Shown here: positions 25,170 to 36,849 of the stretch, in pieces
How positions within the stretch are numbered: position 1 is the first letter of the stretch
Layout of the letters: each line of letters starts with the position of its first letter
Notes under the pieces: generated by a model
What the model was told of the DNA's origin: nothing
The model's database searches: none
The model's input: only the letters and a program-made list of their open reading frames with translations
From: Eledone cirrhosa
Lineage: Eukaryota
Reading direction: 5' to 3'
Length of the DNA stretch: 64,000 nucleotides
NCBI GenBank assembly: GCA_964016885.1
Contig: OZ024743.1
Coordinates: 133,610,001-133,674,000, forward strand
Translations under genes and position numbers: made by a program

Positions 25170-28100
25170 CTTGGTGCTTGGTGTTTGGTGCTTGGTCTTT
25201 GGTGCTTGGTGTTTGGTGTTTGGTGCTTGGTGCTTGGTGTTTGGTGCTTGGTGCTTGGTGATTAGTGTTTGGTGCTTGGTGGTTGTGGTTTGGTGTTTGG
25301 TGCTTGGTGTTTGGTGCTTGGTGCTTGGTGTTTGGTGCTTGGTGTTTGGTTTTTGCTGTTTGGTGTTTGGTGTCTGCTTTTTGGTGTTTGGTGTTTGCTG
25401 TATGGTGTTTGCTGTTTCGTGTTTATTGTTTGCTGTTTGGTGTTTGGTGTTTCCTGTTTGGTCTTTAGTCTTTGGTGCTTGGTGTTTGGTGCTTGGTGCT
25501 TGGTGCTTGGTGTTTGGTGCTTGGTGCTTGGTGCTTGTTGTTTGGTGATTGGTGCTTGGTGTTTGGTGTTTGGTGCTTGGGGCTTGGTGTTTGGTGCTGC
25601 GTACTTGGTGCTTGGTGCTTGGTGCTTGGTGCTTGGTGTTTTGTGTTTGGTGTTTGATGCTTGGTGTTTGGTGTTTGGTGTTTGGTGCTTGGTGTTTGGT
25701 GTTTGATGCTTGGTGCTTGATGCTTGGTGCTTGGTGCTTGGTGTTTGGTGCTTGGTGCTTGGTGTTTGTACTTGGTGCTTGGTGCTTGGTGTTTGGTGCT
25801 TGGTGTTTGGTGCTTGGTGTTTGGTGTTTGCTCTTTGCTGTTTGGTGTTTGGTGTTTGCTGTTTCGTGTTTGGTGTTTGGTGTTTGCTGTTTGGTGTTTG
25901 CTGTTTGGTGCTTGGTGTTTGGTGCTTGGTGCTTGGTGTTTGGTGTTTGGTGTTTGGTGCTTGGTGCTTGGGGCTTGGTGTTTGGTGCTTGGTGCTTGGT
26001 GCTTGGTGTTTGGTGTTTGGTGCTTGGTGTTTGTCACTTGGTGCTTGGTGCTTGGTGTTTGGTGCTTGGTGTTTGGTGTTTGGTGCTTGGTGCTTGGTGT
26101 TTGGTGTTTGGTGTTTGCTGTTTGGTGTTTGCTGTTTGGTGCTTCGTGCTTGGGGCTTGGTGTTTGGTGCTAGGTGCTTGGTGCTTGGTGCTTGGTGTTT
26201 GGTGCTTGGTGTTTGGTGCTTGGTACTTGGGGTTTGGTGCTTGGTGCTTGGTGTTTGGTGTTTGGTGCTTGGTGCTTGGTGATTAGTGTTTGGTGCTTGG
26301 TGCTTGTGGTTTGGTGTTTGGTGCTTGGTGCTTGGTGTTTGGTGCTTGGTGCTTGGTGTTTGGTGCTTGGTGTTTCGTTTTTGATGTTTGGTGTTTGGTG
26401 TTTGGTGTTTGCTGTTTGCTGTTTGCTGTTTGGTGTCTGCTTTTTGGTGTTTGGTGTTTGCTGTATGGTGTTTGGTGTTTGGTGTTTGGTGTTTCTTGTT
26501 TGGTCTTTAGTCTTTGGTGCTTGGTGTTTGGTGCTTGGTGCTTGGTGCTTGGTGTTCCGTGCTTGGTGCTTGGTGCTTGTTGTTTGGTGATTGGTGCTTG
26601 GTGTTTGGTGTTTGGTGCTTGGGGCTTGGTGCTTGGTTCTGCGTGCTTGGTGCTTGGTGCTTGGTGCTTGGTGCTTGGTGTTTTGTGTTTGGTGTTTGAT
26701 GCTTGGTGTTTGGTGTTTGGTGTTTGGTGCTTGGTGCTTGGTGTTTGGTGTTTGATGCTTGGTGCTTGATGCTTGGTGCTTGGTGCTTGGTGCTTGGTGT
26801 TTGGTGCTTGGTGCTTGGGGCTTGGTGTTTGGTGCTGCGTGCTTGGTGCTTGGTGCTTGGTGCTTGGTGCTTGGTGTTTTGTGTTTGGTGTTTGATGCTT
26901 GGTGTTTGGTGTTTGGTGTTTGGTGCTTGGTGTTTGGTGTTTGGTGTTTGGTGTTTGATGCTTGGAGTTTGATGCTTGGTGCTTGGCGTTTGGTGCTTGG
27001 TGCTTGGTGTTTGTACTTGGTGCTTGGTGCTTGGTGTTTGGTGCTTGGTTCTTGGTGTTTGGTGCTTGGTGTTTGGTGCTTGGTGGTTGGTGTTTGGTGT
27101 TTGGTGCTTGGTGTTTGGTGCTTGGTGCTTGGTGGTTGGTGTTTGGTGCTTGGTGACTGGTGCATGGTGTTTGGTGCTTGATGCTTGGTGTTTGGTGTTT
27201 GGTGCTTGGTGTTTGGTGATTGGTGCTTGGTGCTTGGTGCTTGGTGCTTGGTGTTTGGTGTTTGGTGCTTGCTGCTTGCTGCTTGGTGTTTGGTGCCTGG
27301 TGATTGGTGCTTGGTGTTTGGTGCTTGGTGCTTGGTGTTTGGTGTTTGGTGCTAGGTGCTTGGTGCTTGGTGCTTGGTGTTTGGTGCTTGGTGTTTGGTG
27401 CTTGGTACTTGGGGCTTGGTGTTTGGTGCTTGGTGCTTGATGTTTGGTGCTTGTTGTTTGGTGCTTGGTGCTTGGTGTTTGGTGTTTGGTGCTTGGTGTT
27501 TGGTGCTTGGTGCTTGGTGCTGGGTTGTTGGCGTTTGGTGCTTGGTGCTTGGTGTTTGGCGCTTGGTGCTTGGTGCTTGGTGTTTGGTGCTTGGTCTTTG
27601 GTGCTTGGTGTTTGGTGTTTGGTACTTGGTGCTTGGTGTTTGGTGCTTGGTGCTTCGTGATTAGTGTTTGGTGCTTGGTGCTTGTGGTTTGGTGTTTGGT
27701 GCTTGGTGTTTGGTGCTTGGTGCTTGGTGTTTGGTGCTTGGTGTTTGGTTTTTGCTGTTTGGTGTTTGGTGTCTGCTTTTTGGTGTTTGGTGTTTGCTGT
27801 ATGGTGTTTGCTGGTTCGTGTTTATTGTTTGCTGTTTGGTGTTTGGTGTTTCCCGTTTGGTCTTTAGTCTTTGGTGCTTGGTGTTTGGTGCTTGGTGCTT
27901 GGTGCTTGGTGTTTGGTGCTTGGTGCTTGGTGCTTGTTGTTTGGTGATTGGTGCTTGGTGTTTGGTGTTTGGTGCTTGGGGCTTGGTGTTTGGTGCTGCG
28001 TGCTTGGTGCTTGGTGCTTGGTGATTGATGCTTGGTGTTTGGTGTTTGGTGTTTGGTGCTTGGTGCTTGGTGTTTGGTGTTTGATGCTTGGTGCTTGATG

Positions 28101-31100
28101 CTTGGTGCTTGGTGCTTGGTGTTTGGTGCTTGGTGCTTGGTGTTTGTACTTGGTGCTTGGTGCTTGGTGTTTGGTGCTTGGTGTTTGGTGCTTGGTGTTT
28201 GGTGTTTGCTCTTTACTGTTTGGTGTTTGGTGTTTGCTGTTTCGTGTTTGGTGTTTGGTGTTTGCTGTTTGGTGTTCGCTGTTTGGTGCTTGGTGTTTGG
28301 TGCTTGGTGCTTGGTGTTTGGTGCTTGGTGTTTGGTGTTTGGTGCTTGGTGCTTGGTGTTTGGTGTTTGGTGCTTGGTGTTTGGTGTTTGGTGCTTGGTG
28401 CTTGGTGTTTGTTGCTCGGTACTTGGTGCATGGTGTTTGGTGCTGGGTGCTTGGTGTTTGGTGCTTGGTGTTTGGTGCTTGGTGTTTGGTGTTTGGTGCT
28501 TCGTGCTTGGTGCTTGGTGTTTGGTGCTAGGTGCTTGGTGCTTGGTGCTTGGTGTTTGGTGCTTGGTACTTGGAGCTTGGTGTTTGGTGCTAGGTGCTTG
28601 GGGTTTGGTGCTTGGTGCTTGGTGTTTGGTGTTTGGTGCTTGGTGCTTGGTGCTTGGTGCTGGGTGGTTGGTGTTTGGTGCTTGGTGCTTGGTGTTTGGT
28701 GCTTGGTGCTTGGTGCTTGGTGTTTGGTTTTTGGTGCTTGGTGCTTGGTGTTTGGTGCTTGGTGCTTGGTGCTTGGTCTTTGGTGCTTGGTGTTTGGTGT
28801 TTGGTGCTTGGTGCTTGTGGTTTGGTGTTTGGTGCTTGGTGCTTGGTGTTTGGTGCTTGGTGCTTGGTGTTTCGTTTTTGCTGTTTGGTGTTTGGTGTTT
28901 GGTGTTTGCTGTTTGCTGTTTGCTGTTTGCTGTTTGGTGTCTGCTTTTTGGTGTTTGGTGTTTGCTGTATGGTGTTTGGTGTTTGGTGTTTGGTGTTTCC
29001 TGTTTGGTCTTTAGTCTTTGGTGCTTGGTGTTTGGTGCTTGGTGCTTGGTGCTTGGTGTTTGGTGCTTGGTGCTTGGTGCTTGTTGTTTGGTGATTGGTG
29101 CTTGGTGTTTGGTGTTTGGTGCTTGGGGCTTGGTGTTTGGTGCTGCGTGCTTGGTGCTTGGTGCTTGGTGCTTGGTGCTTGGTGTTTTGTGTTTGGTGTT
29201 TGATGCTTGGTGTTTGGTGTTTGGTGTTTGGTGCTTGGTGCTTGGTGTTTGGTGCTTGGTGTTTGGTGCTTGGTCTTTGGTGCTTGGTGTTTGGTGTTTG
29301 GTGCTTGGTGCTTGGTGTTTGGTGCTTGGTGCTTGGTGATTAGTGTTTGGTGCTTGGTGCTTGTGGTTTGGTGTTTGGTGCTTGGTGTTTGGTGCTTGGT
29401 GCTTGGTGTTTGGTGCTTGGTGTTTGGTTTTTGCTGTTTGGTGTTTGGTGTCTGCTTTTTGGTGTTTGGTGTTTGCTGTATGGTGTTTGCTGTTTCGTGT
29501 TTATTGTTTGCTGTTTGGTGTTTGGTGTTTCCTGTTTGGTCTTTAGTCTTTGGTGCTTGGTGTTTGGTGCTTGGTGCTTGGTGCTTGGTGTTTGGTGCTT
29601 GGTGCTTGGTGCTTGTTGTTTGGTGATTGGTGCTTGGTGTTTGGTGTTTGGTGCTTGGGGCTTGGTGTTTGGTGCTGCGTACTTGGTGCTTGGTGCTTGG
29701 TGCTTGGTGCTTGGTGTTTTGTGTTTGGTGTTTGATGCTTGGTGTTTGGTGTTTGGTGTTTGGTGCTTGGTGTTTGGTGTTTGATGCTTGGTGCTTGATG
29801 CTTGGTGCTTGGTGCTTGGTGTTTGGTGCTTGGTGCTTGGTGTTTGTACTTGGTGCTTGGTGCTTGGTGTTTGGTGCTTGGTGTTTGGTGCTTGGTGTTT
29901 GGTGTTTGCTCTTTGCTGTTTGGTGTTTGGTGTTTGCTGTTTCGTGTTTGGTGTTTGGTGTTTGCTGTTTGGTGTTTGCTGTTTGGTGCTTGGTGTTTGG
30001 TGCTTGGTGCTTGGTGTTTGGTGTTTGGTGTTTGGTGCTTGGTGCTTGGGGCTTGGTGTTTGGTGCTTGGTGCTTGGTGCTTGGTGTTTGGTGTTTGGTG
30101 CTTGGTGTTTGTCACTTGGTGCTTGGTGCTTGGTGTTTGGTGCTTGGTGTTTGGTGTTTGGTGCTTGGTGCTTGGTGTTTGGTGTTTGGTGTTTGCTGTT
30201 TGGTGTTTGCTGTTTGTTGCTTCGTGCTTGGGGCTTGTTGTTTGGTGCTAGGTGCTTGGTGCTTGGTGCTTGGTGTTTGGTGCTTGGTGTTTGGTGCTTG
30301 GTACTTGGGGTTTGGTGCTTGGTGCTTGGTGTTTGGTGTTTGGTGCTTGGTGCTTGGTGATTAGTGTTTGGTGCTTGGTGCTTGTGGTTTGGTGTTTGGT
30401 GCTTGGTGCTTGGTGTTTGGTGCTTGGTGCTTGGTGTTTGGTGCTTGGTGTTTCGTTTTTGATGTTTGGTGTTTGGTGTTTGGTGTTTGCTGTTTGCTGT
30501 TTGCTGTTTGGTGTCTGCTTTTTGGTGTTTGGTGTTTGCTGTATGGTGTTTGGTGTTTGGTGTTTGGTGTTTCTTGTTTGGTCTTTAGTCTTTGGTGCTT
30601 GGTGTTTGGTGCTTGGTGCTTGGTGCTTGTTGTTTGGTGATTGGTGCTTGGTGTTTGGTGTTTGGTGCTTGGGGCTTGGTGCTTGGTGCTTGGTGCTTGG
30701 TGCTTGGTGCTTGGTGCTTGGTGCTTGGTGCTTGGTGTTTTGTGTTTGGTGTTTGATGCTTGGTGTTTGGTGTTTGGTGTTTGGTGCTTGGTGCTTGGTG
30801 TTTGGTGTTTGATGCTTGGTGCTTGATGCTTGGTGCTTGGTGCTTGGTGTTTGGTGCATGGTGCTTGGGGATTGGTGTTTGGTGCTGCGTGCTTGGTGCT
30901 TGGTGCTTGGTGCTTGGTGCTTGGTGTTTTGTGTTTGGTGTTTGATGCTTGGTGTTTGATGCTTGGAGTTTGATGCTTGGTGCTTGGCGTTTGGTGCTTG
31001 GTGCTTGGTGTTTGTACTTGGTGCTTGGTGCTTGGTGTTTGGTGCTTGGTTCTTGGTGTTTGGTGCTTGGTGTTTGGTGCTTGGTGCTTGGTGTTTGGTG

Positions 31101-33265
31101 TTTGGTGCTTGGTGTTTGGTGCTTGGTGCTTGGTGGTTGGTGTTTGGTGCTTGGTGACTGGTGCATGGTGTTTGGTGCTTGATGCTTGGTGTTTGGTGTT
31201 TGGTGCTTGGTGTTTGGTGATTGGTGCTTGGTGCTTGGTGCTTGGTGCTTGGTGTTTGGTGTTTGGTGCTTGCTGCTTGCTGCTTGGTGTTTGGTGCCTG
31301 GTGATCGGTGCTTGGTGTTTGGTGCTTGGTGCTTGTTGTTTGGTGTTTGGTGCTAGGTGCTTGGTGCTTGGTGCTTGGTGTTTGGTGCTTGGTGTTTGGT
31401 GCTTGGTACTTGGGGCTTGGTGTTTGGTGCTTGGTGCTTGATGTTTGGTGCTTGTTGTTTGGTGCTTGGTGCTTGGTGTTTGGTGTTTGGTGCTTGGTGT
31501 TTGGTGCTTGGTGCTTGGTGCTGGGTTGTTGGCGTTTGGTGCTTGGTGCTTGGTGTTTGGCGCTTGGTGCTTGGTGCTTGGTGTTTGGTGCTTGGTCTTT
31601 GGTGCTTGGTGTTTGGTGTTTGGTGCTTGGTGCTTGGTGTTTGGTGCTTGGTGCTTCGTGATTAGTGTTTGGTGCTTGGTGCTTGTGGTTTGGTGTTTGG
31701 TGCTTGGTGTTTGGTGCTTGGTGCTTGGTGTTTGGTGCTTGGTGTTTGGTTTTTGCTGTTTGGTGTTTGGTGTCTGCTTTTTGGTGTTTGGTGTTTGGTG
31801 TATGGTGTTTGCTGTTTCGTGTTTATTGTTTGCTGTTTGGTGTTTGGTGTTTCCTGTTTGGTCTTTAGTCTTTGGTGCTTGGTGTTTGGTGCTTGGTGCT
31901 TGGTGCTTGGTGTTTGGTGCTTGGTGCTTGGTGCTTGTTGTTTGGTGATTGGTGCTTGGTGTTTGGTGTTTGGTGCTTGGGGCTTGGTGTTTGGTGCTGC
32001 GTGCTTGGTGCTTGGTGCTTGGTGATTGGTGCTTGGTGTTTTGTGTTTGGTGTTTGATGCTTGGTGTTTGGTGTTTGGTGTTTGGTGCTTGGTGCTTGGT
32101 GTTTGGTGTTTGATGCTTGGTGCTTGATGCTTGGTGCTTGGTGCTTGGTGTTTGGTGCTTGGTGCTTGGTGTTTGTACTTGGTGCTTGGTGCTTGGTGTT
32201 TGGTGTTTGGTGTTTGGTGCTTGGTGTTTGGTGTTTGCTCTTTACTGTTTGGTGTTTGGTGTTTGCTGTTTCGTGTTTGGTGTTTGGTGTTTGCTGTTTG
32301 GTGTTCGTTTTTTGGTGCTTGGTGTTTGGTGCTTGGTGCTTGGTGTTTGGTGCTTGGTGTTTGGTGTTTGGTGCTTGGTGCTTGGTGTTTGGTGTTTGGT
32401 GCTTGGTGTTTGGTGTTTGGTGCTTGGTGCCTGGTGTTTGTTGCTCGGTACTTGGTGCATGGTGTTCGGTGCTGGGTGCTTGGTGTTTGGTGCTTGGTGT
32501 TTGGTGCTTGGTGTTTGGTGTTTGGTGCTTCGTGCTTGGTGCTTGGTGTTTGGTGCTAGGTGCTTGGTGCTTGGTGCTTGGTGTTTGGTGCTTGGTACTT
32601 GGGGCTTGGTGTTTGGTGCTTGGTGCTTGGGGTTTGGTGCTTGGTGCTTGGTGTTTGGTGTTTGGTGCTTGGTGCTTGGTGCTTGGTGCTGGGTGGTTGG
32701 TGTTTGGTGCTTGGTGCTTGGTGTTTGGTGCTTGGTGCTTGGTGCTTGGTGTTTGGTGCTTGGTGCTTGGTGCTTGGTCTTTGGTGCTTGGTGTTTGGTG
32801 TTTGGTGCTTGGTGCTTGGTGTTTGGTGTTTGGTTTTTGGTGCTTGGTGCTTGGTGTTTGGTGCTTGGTGCTTGGTGCTTGGTCTTTGGTGCTTGGTGTT
32901 TGGTGTTTGGTGCTTGGTGCTTGTGGTTTGGTGTTTGGTGCTTGGTGCTTGGTGTTTGGTGCTTGGTGCTTGGTGTTTGGTGCTTGGTGTTTCGTTTTTG
33001 CTGTTTGGTGTTTGGTGTTTGGTGTTTGCTGTTTGCTGTTTGCTGTTTGGTGTCTGCTTTTTGGTGTTTGGTGTTTGCTGTATGGTGTTTGGTGTTTGGT
33101 GTTTGGTGTTTCCTGTTTGGTCTTTAGTCTTTGGTGCTTGGTGTTTGGTGCTTGGTGCTTGGTGCTTGGTGTTTGGTGCTTGGTGCTTGGTGCTTGTTGT
33201 TTGGTGATTGGTGCTTGGTGTTTGGTGTTTGGTGCTTGGGGCTTGGTGTTTGGTGCTGCGTGCTT
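25170..33265 (+). repeat. Tandem duplication of about 4.0-4.1 kb (~25170-29250 and ~29250-33265) with whole-unit indels
   Basis: ORF 25465..26037 matches 29543..30115 (+4078). 27356..27664 is near-identical to 31357..31665 (+4001), and 28102..28530 to 32131..32559 (+4029). The unit GTCACTT was seen only at 26033 and 30111. 4078 = 583x7-3. Confidence 0.9.
25257..26280 (+). repeat. Representative copy of an older degenerate higher-order module (about 1.0-1.7 kb) recurring from ~8 kb to the window end
   Basis: Conserved landmark order: GGTGATT AGTGTTT (~25257), GGTGTCT GCTTTTT (~25370), GCTGTAT, CCTGTTT GGTCTTT AGTCTTT (~25453), GTTGTTT GGTGATT (~25537), GGGGCTT, GGTGCTG CGT (~25593), TGTGTTT, GATGCTT, GTACTT (25768). 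The same order follows ~26278, ~27656, ~35940, ~36975 and ~46967. Confidence 0.8.
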
Positions 33266-36200
33266 GGTGTTTGCTCTTTGCTGTTTGGTGTTTGGTGTTT
33301 GCTGTTTCGTGTTTGGTGTTTGGTGTTTGCTGTTTGGTGTTTGCTGTTTGGTGCTTGGTGTTTGGTGCTTGGTGCTTGGTGTTTGGTGTTTGATGTTTGG
33401 TTCTTGGTGCTTGGGGCTTGGTGTTTGGTGCTTGGTGCTTGGTGCTTGGTGCTTGCTGTTTGGTGTTTGGTGCTTGGTGTTTGGTGCTTGGTGCTTGGTG
33501 CTGGGTGTTTGGTGCTTGGTGCTTGGTGTTTGGTGCATGGTGCTTTGTTTTTGGTGTTTGTCGCTTGGTGCTTGGTGCTTGGTGTATGGTGCTTGGTGTT
33601 TGGTGCTTGGTGCTTGGTGTTTGGTGTTTGGTGCTTGGTGTTTGGTGTTTGGTGCTTGGTGCTTGGTGTTTGTTGCTCGGTACTTGGTGCATGGTGTTTG
33701 GTGCTGGGTGCTTGGTGTTTGGTGCTTGGTGTTTGGTGCTTCGTGTTTGGTGTTTGGTGCTTCGTGCTTGGGGCTTGGTGTTTGGTGCTGGGTGCTTGGT
33801 GCTTGGTGTTTGCTGCTTGGTGTTTGGTGCTTGGTACTTGGGGCTTGGTGTTTGGTGCTTGGTGCTTGGGGTTTGGTGCTTGGTGCTTGGTGTTCGGTGT
33901 TTGGTGCTTGGTGCTTGGTGCTTGGTGCTGGGAGGTTGGTGTTTGGTGCTTGGTGCTTGGTATTTGGTGCTTGGTGCTTGGTGCTTGGTGTTTGGTGCTT
34001 GGTGCTTGGTGCTTGGTCTTTGGTGCTTGGTGTTTGGTGTTTGGTGCTTGGTGCTTGGTGTTTGGTGCTTGGTGCTTGGTGATTAGTGTTTGGTGCTTGG
34101 TGCTTGTGGTTTGGTGTTTGGTGCTTGGTGCTTGGTGTTTGGTGCTTGGTGCTTGGTGTTTGGTGCTTGGTGTTTCGTTTTTGCTGTTTGGTGTTTGGTG
34201 TTTGTTGTTTGGTGTTTGCTGTTTGCTGTTTGGTGTCTGCTTTTTGGTGTTTGGTGTTTGCTGTATGGTGTTTGGTGTTTGGTGTTTGGTGTTTCCTGTT
34301 TGGTCTTTAGTCTTTGGTGCTTGGTGTTTGGTGCTTGGTGCTTGGTGCTTGGTGTTTGGTGCTTGGTGCTTGGTGCTTGTTGTTTGGTGATTGGTGCTTG
34401 GTGTTTGGTGTTTGGTGCTTGGGGCTTGGTGTTTGGTGCTGCGTGCTTGGTGCTTGGTGCTTGGTGCTTGGTGCTTGGTGTTTTGTGTTTGGTGTTTGAT
34501 GCTTGGTGTTTGGTGTTTGGTGTTTGGTGCTTGGTGCTTGGTGTTTGGTGTTTGGTGTTTGCTCTTTGCTGTTTGGTGTTTGGTGTTTGCTGTTTCGTGT
34601 TTGGTGTTTGGTGTTTGCTGTTTGGTGTTTGCTGTTTGGTGCTTGGTGTTTGGTGCTTGGTGCTTGGTGTTTGGTGTTTGGTGTTTGGTTCTTGGTGCTT
34701 GGGGCTTGGTGTTTGGTGCTTGGTGCTTGGTGCTTGGTCTTTGGTGCTTGGTGTTTGGTGTTTGGTGCTTGGTGCTTGTGGTTTGGTGTTTGGTGCTTGG
34801 TGCTTGGTGTTTGGTGCTTGGTGCTTGGTGTTTGGTGCTTGGTGTTTCGTTTTTGCTGTTTGGTGTTTGGTGTTTGGTGTTTGCTGTTTGCTGTTTGCTG
34901 TTTGGTGTCTGCTTTTTGGTGTTTGGTGTTTGCTGTATGGTGTTTGGTGTTTGGTGTTTGGTGTTTCCTGTTTGGTCTTTAGTCTTTGGTGCTTGGTGTT
35001 TGGTGCTTGGTGCTTGGTGCTTGGTGTTTGGTGCTTGGTGCTTGGTGCTTGTTGTTTGGTGATTGGTGCTTGGTGTTTGGTGTTTGGTGCTTGGGGCTTG
35101 GTGTTTGGTGCTGCGTGCTTGGTGTTTGCTCTTTGCTGTTTGGTGTTTGGTGTTTGCTGTTTCGTGTTTGGTGTTTGGTGTTTGCTGTTTGGTGTTTGCT
35201 GTTTGGTGCTTGGTGTTTGGTGCTTGGTGCTTGGTGTTTGGTGTTTGGTGTTTGGTTCTTGGTGCTTGGGGCTTGGTGTTTGGTGCTTGGTGCTTGGTGC
35301 TTGGTGCTTGCTGTTTGGTGTTTGGTGCTTGGTGTTTGGTGCTTGGTGCTTGGTGCTGGGTGTTTGGTGCTTGGTGCTTGGTGTTTGGTGCATGGTGCTT
35401 TGTTTTTGGTGTTTGTCGCTTGGTGCTTGGTGCTTGGTGTATGGTGCTTGGTGTTTGGTGTTTGGTGCTTGGTGCTTGGTGTTTGGTGTTTGGTGCTTGG
35501 TGTTTGGTGTTTGGTGCTTGGTGCTTGGTGTTTGTTGCTCGGTACTTGGTGCATGGTGTTTGGTGCTGGGTGCTTGGTGTTTGGTGCTTGGTGTTTGGTG
35601 CTTGGTGTTTGGTGTTTGGTGCTTCGTGCTTGGGGCTTGGTGTTTGGTGCTGGGTGCTTGGTGCTTGGTGTTTGCTGCTTGGTGTTTGGTGCTTGGTACT
35701 TGGGGCTTGGTGTTTGGTACTTGGTGCTTGGGGTTTGGTGCTTGGTGCTTGGTGTTCGGTGTTTGGTGCTTGGTGCTTGGTGCTTGGTGCTGGGAGGTTG
35801 GTGTTTGGTGCTTGGTGCTTGGTATTTGGTGCTTGGTGCTTGGTGCTTGGTGTTTGGTGCTTGGTGCTTGGTGCTTGGTCTTTGGTGCTTGGTGTTTGGT
35901 GTTTGGTGCTTGGTGCTTGGTGTTTGGTGCTTGGTGCTTGGTGATTAGTGTTTGGTGCTTGGTGCTTGTGGTTTGGTGTTTGGTGCTTGGTGCTTGGTGT
36001 TTGGTGCTTGGTGCTTGGTGTTTGGTGCTTGGTGTTTCGTTTTTGCTGTTTGGTGTTTGGTGTTTGTTGTTTGGTGTTTGCTGTTTGCTGTTTGGTGTCT
36101 GCTTTTTGGTGTTTGGTGTTTGCTGTATGGTGTTTGGTGTTTGGTGTTTGGTGTTTCCTGTTTGGTCTTTAGTCTTTGGTGCTTGGTGTTTGGTGCTTGG

Positions 36201-36720
36201 TGCTTGGTGCTTGGTGTTTGGTGCTTGGTGCTTGGTGCTTGTTGTTTGGTGATTGGTGCTTGGTGTTTGGTGTTTGGTGCTTGGGGCTTGGTGTTTGGTG
36301 CTGCGTGCTTGGTGCTTGGTGCTTGGTGCTTGGTGCTTGGTGTTTTGTGTTTGGTGTTTGATGCTTGGTGTTTGGTGTTTGGTGTTTGGTGCTTGGTGCT
36401 TGGTGTTTGGTGTTTGATGCTTGGTGCTTTATGCTTGGTGCTTGGTGCTTGGTGTTTGGTGCTTGGTGCTTGGTGTTTGTACTTGGTGCTTGGTGCTTGG
36501 TGTTTGGTGCTTGGTGTTTGGTGCTTGGTGTTTGGTGTTTGCTCTTTGCTGTTTGGTGTTTGGTGTTTGCTGTTTCGTGTTTGGTGTTTGGTGTTTGCTG
36601 TTTGGTGTTTGCTGTTTGGTGCTTGGTGTTTGGTGCTTGGTGCTTGGTGTTTGGTGTTTGGTGTTTGGTTCTTGGTGCTTGGGGCTTGGTGTTTGGTGCT
36701 TGGTGCTTGGTGCTTGGTGC
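32855..36720 (+). repeat. Tandem duplication of about 1.86 kb (offsets 1855 and 1862)
   Basis: ORF 34086..34310 matches 35948..36172, and 34314..34499 matches 36176..36361 (+1862 = 266x7). ORF starts 33131 and 34986 differ by 1855 (265x7). Shared marker GCTGGGAGGTT at ~33927 and ~35789. Confidence 0.88.
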
Positions 36721-36849
36721 TTGGTGTTTGGTGTTTGGTGCTTGGTGTTTGGTGCTTGGTGCTTGGTGCTGGGTGTTTGGTGCTTGGTGATTGGTGTTTG
36801 GTGCATGGTGCTTTGTTTTTGGTGTTTGTCGCTTGGTGCTTGGTGCTTG

